A stretch of 63,999 bases of DNA, filler included, from Piptocephalis cylindrospora (lineage: Eukaryota): assembly GCA_003614145.1 (NCBI GenBank). It is 22 parts of 22 records of this genome, joined end to end, with 100 filler letters (N's around TTAATTAATTAA, not from the genome) between each part and the next. Parts side by side here need not be neighbours in the genome. Positions count along the whole stretch, not along the records: positions 61,665 to 63,999 come from KZ988959.1; 21 more parts are not named here. One strand, written 5' to 3'. The notes beneath the pieces were generated by a model. It saw nothing but the letters and a program-made list of their open reading frames with translations, was not told where the DNA came from and did no database searches. This document shows, in pieces, positions 63,090 to 63,999 of this stretch. The position numbers and the translations under genes are program-made. Position 1 is the stretch's first letter; every line of letters begins with the position of its first letter.

Positions 63090-63536
63090 GGTGGAAAGAG
63101 AGAGAGAGAAAGAGAGGGAAGAGGGGGAGGGGAGGAGAGGAGAAGTAGACCAGGAAGCACAAGGGCAGAGTAGAAGGGAAGAGCAAAGGTGGAAAGCGCT
63201 GCGGTATGTCTGGTTGTAGGGCATGGAATGACCCTAAGATTACTAACGAGGAGGGGCAGTGCTGCTCAAGGGAGACAGTTCCCCTGGGCTTATAGGGGAG
63301 TGAATTGATGATTGGACCAAGATGCACAGCGTCCACGCTATAGAAGATACTGTGTAGACAGCAAAAGCTGATTACACATTGCCTCATCCACATACACACA
63401 CACACACACACATCCATACCAAGGGCCGACGGCATTAAACCCTCAAAAAAAAAACAAGTAATTATTCTTTGCCTTTCCTTCCTGCCATCCCTCGTCCCTT
63501 GAAACACCGTTTTTCTCTCTGTTGATCCTAGCCATC

Positions 63537-63999
63537 ATGCGCATCCTCACCCATAACATGCTCCAGTGCCATGCTGCAGGATGCACTAGCAACAACTTTC
63601 CCCTACGGCTTGAGGAGGTAGAAGTGGAACGAGATGAGGTGGAGGTAAACGCTCCCTTCCTCATTGGCCTACTCCCTAAGCTGGACTGGCCTGCCCTTCT
63701 GGCGACTGCCGAGCAATTGGGCTTTGTCGGTCTCCCCGACACCATCCCCGAGGAGGTTGAAGCTAACGAGTCTTTCTTGGAGCAATTGAACTCGATTCTC
63801 CTAGAGGTGAGTAGTAGAAGATGGGCAGGAGGATGTGATGTAGTCTCATATGGTGTGGTAGATATAAGGTAGAGAACCATTGCTTATCTTCCCTTTCTCT
63901 GAAATGTAGACGCACATCAAGGAGGGCAAGATGGTGTGCAATGGATGCAACCACATCTACCGGATCAAAGAAGGTATCCCCAATATGCTTCTCTCCGAG
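63537..63999 (+). CDS. TRM112: Multifunctional methyltransferase activator Trm112; intron 63807-63909; ends at the window edge
   Basis: MRILTHNMLQCHAAGCTSNNFPL..LPKLDWPALL..LLE^THIKEGKMVCNGCNHIYRIKEGIPNMLL. Confidence 0.95.

Noticed and set aside
62799..63999. ABC ATPase-ISD11-TRM112 as a functional cluster
   Set aside because: These are unrelated genes in a compact genome. A divergent ISD11/TRM112 pair is ordinary and there is no evidence of co-function.

Overview
Eukaryotic (fungal) genomic DNA, not one continuous locus. The window is 22 unlinked contigs of about 2.76-2.89 kb, mostly in descending size order, joined by 21 artificial 100-nt linkers (N44-TTAATTAATTAA-N44). Gene neighbourhoods across linkers are therefore meaningless. 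Short GT-AG introns, divergent rDNA and retention of MED25 suggest an early-diverging fungus, possibly a Zoopagomycota mycoparasite such as Piptocephalis; this is inference and needs an rDNA search. Recognisable content: DUS2, BuGZ/ZNF207 C-terminus, GAL1 C-terminus, 18S-ITS1-5.8S-ITS2-28S rDNA, IRE1, a DUF4272-like protein, an ANKRD16-like protein, PRP6, CEM1, a TCP11/SOK1-like protein, two tandem Gly/Met/Pro-rich GPI-type secreted proteins, MED25, a RIM4-like RRM protein, CPS1/DIP2, tRNA-Gln(CTG), IDO, BMS1, SLA2, casein kinase I, SCAP, a chromodomain fragment, urease, a stand-alone ABC ATPase, ISD11, TRM112 and several orphan secreted proteins. At least five contigs carry inversion or fold-back junctions typical of whole-genome-amplification chimeras. 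I found no supportable novel multi-gene system. The best leads are single-gene ones: the tandem GPI proteins, the DUF4272-like and IDO proteins with putative mitochondrial presequences, fungal MED25, candidate effectors and a Cys-rich tail protein.
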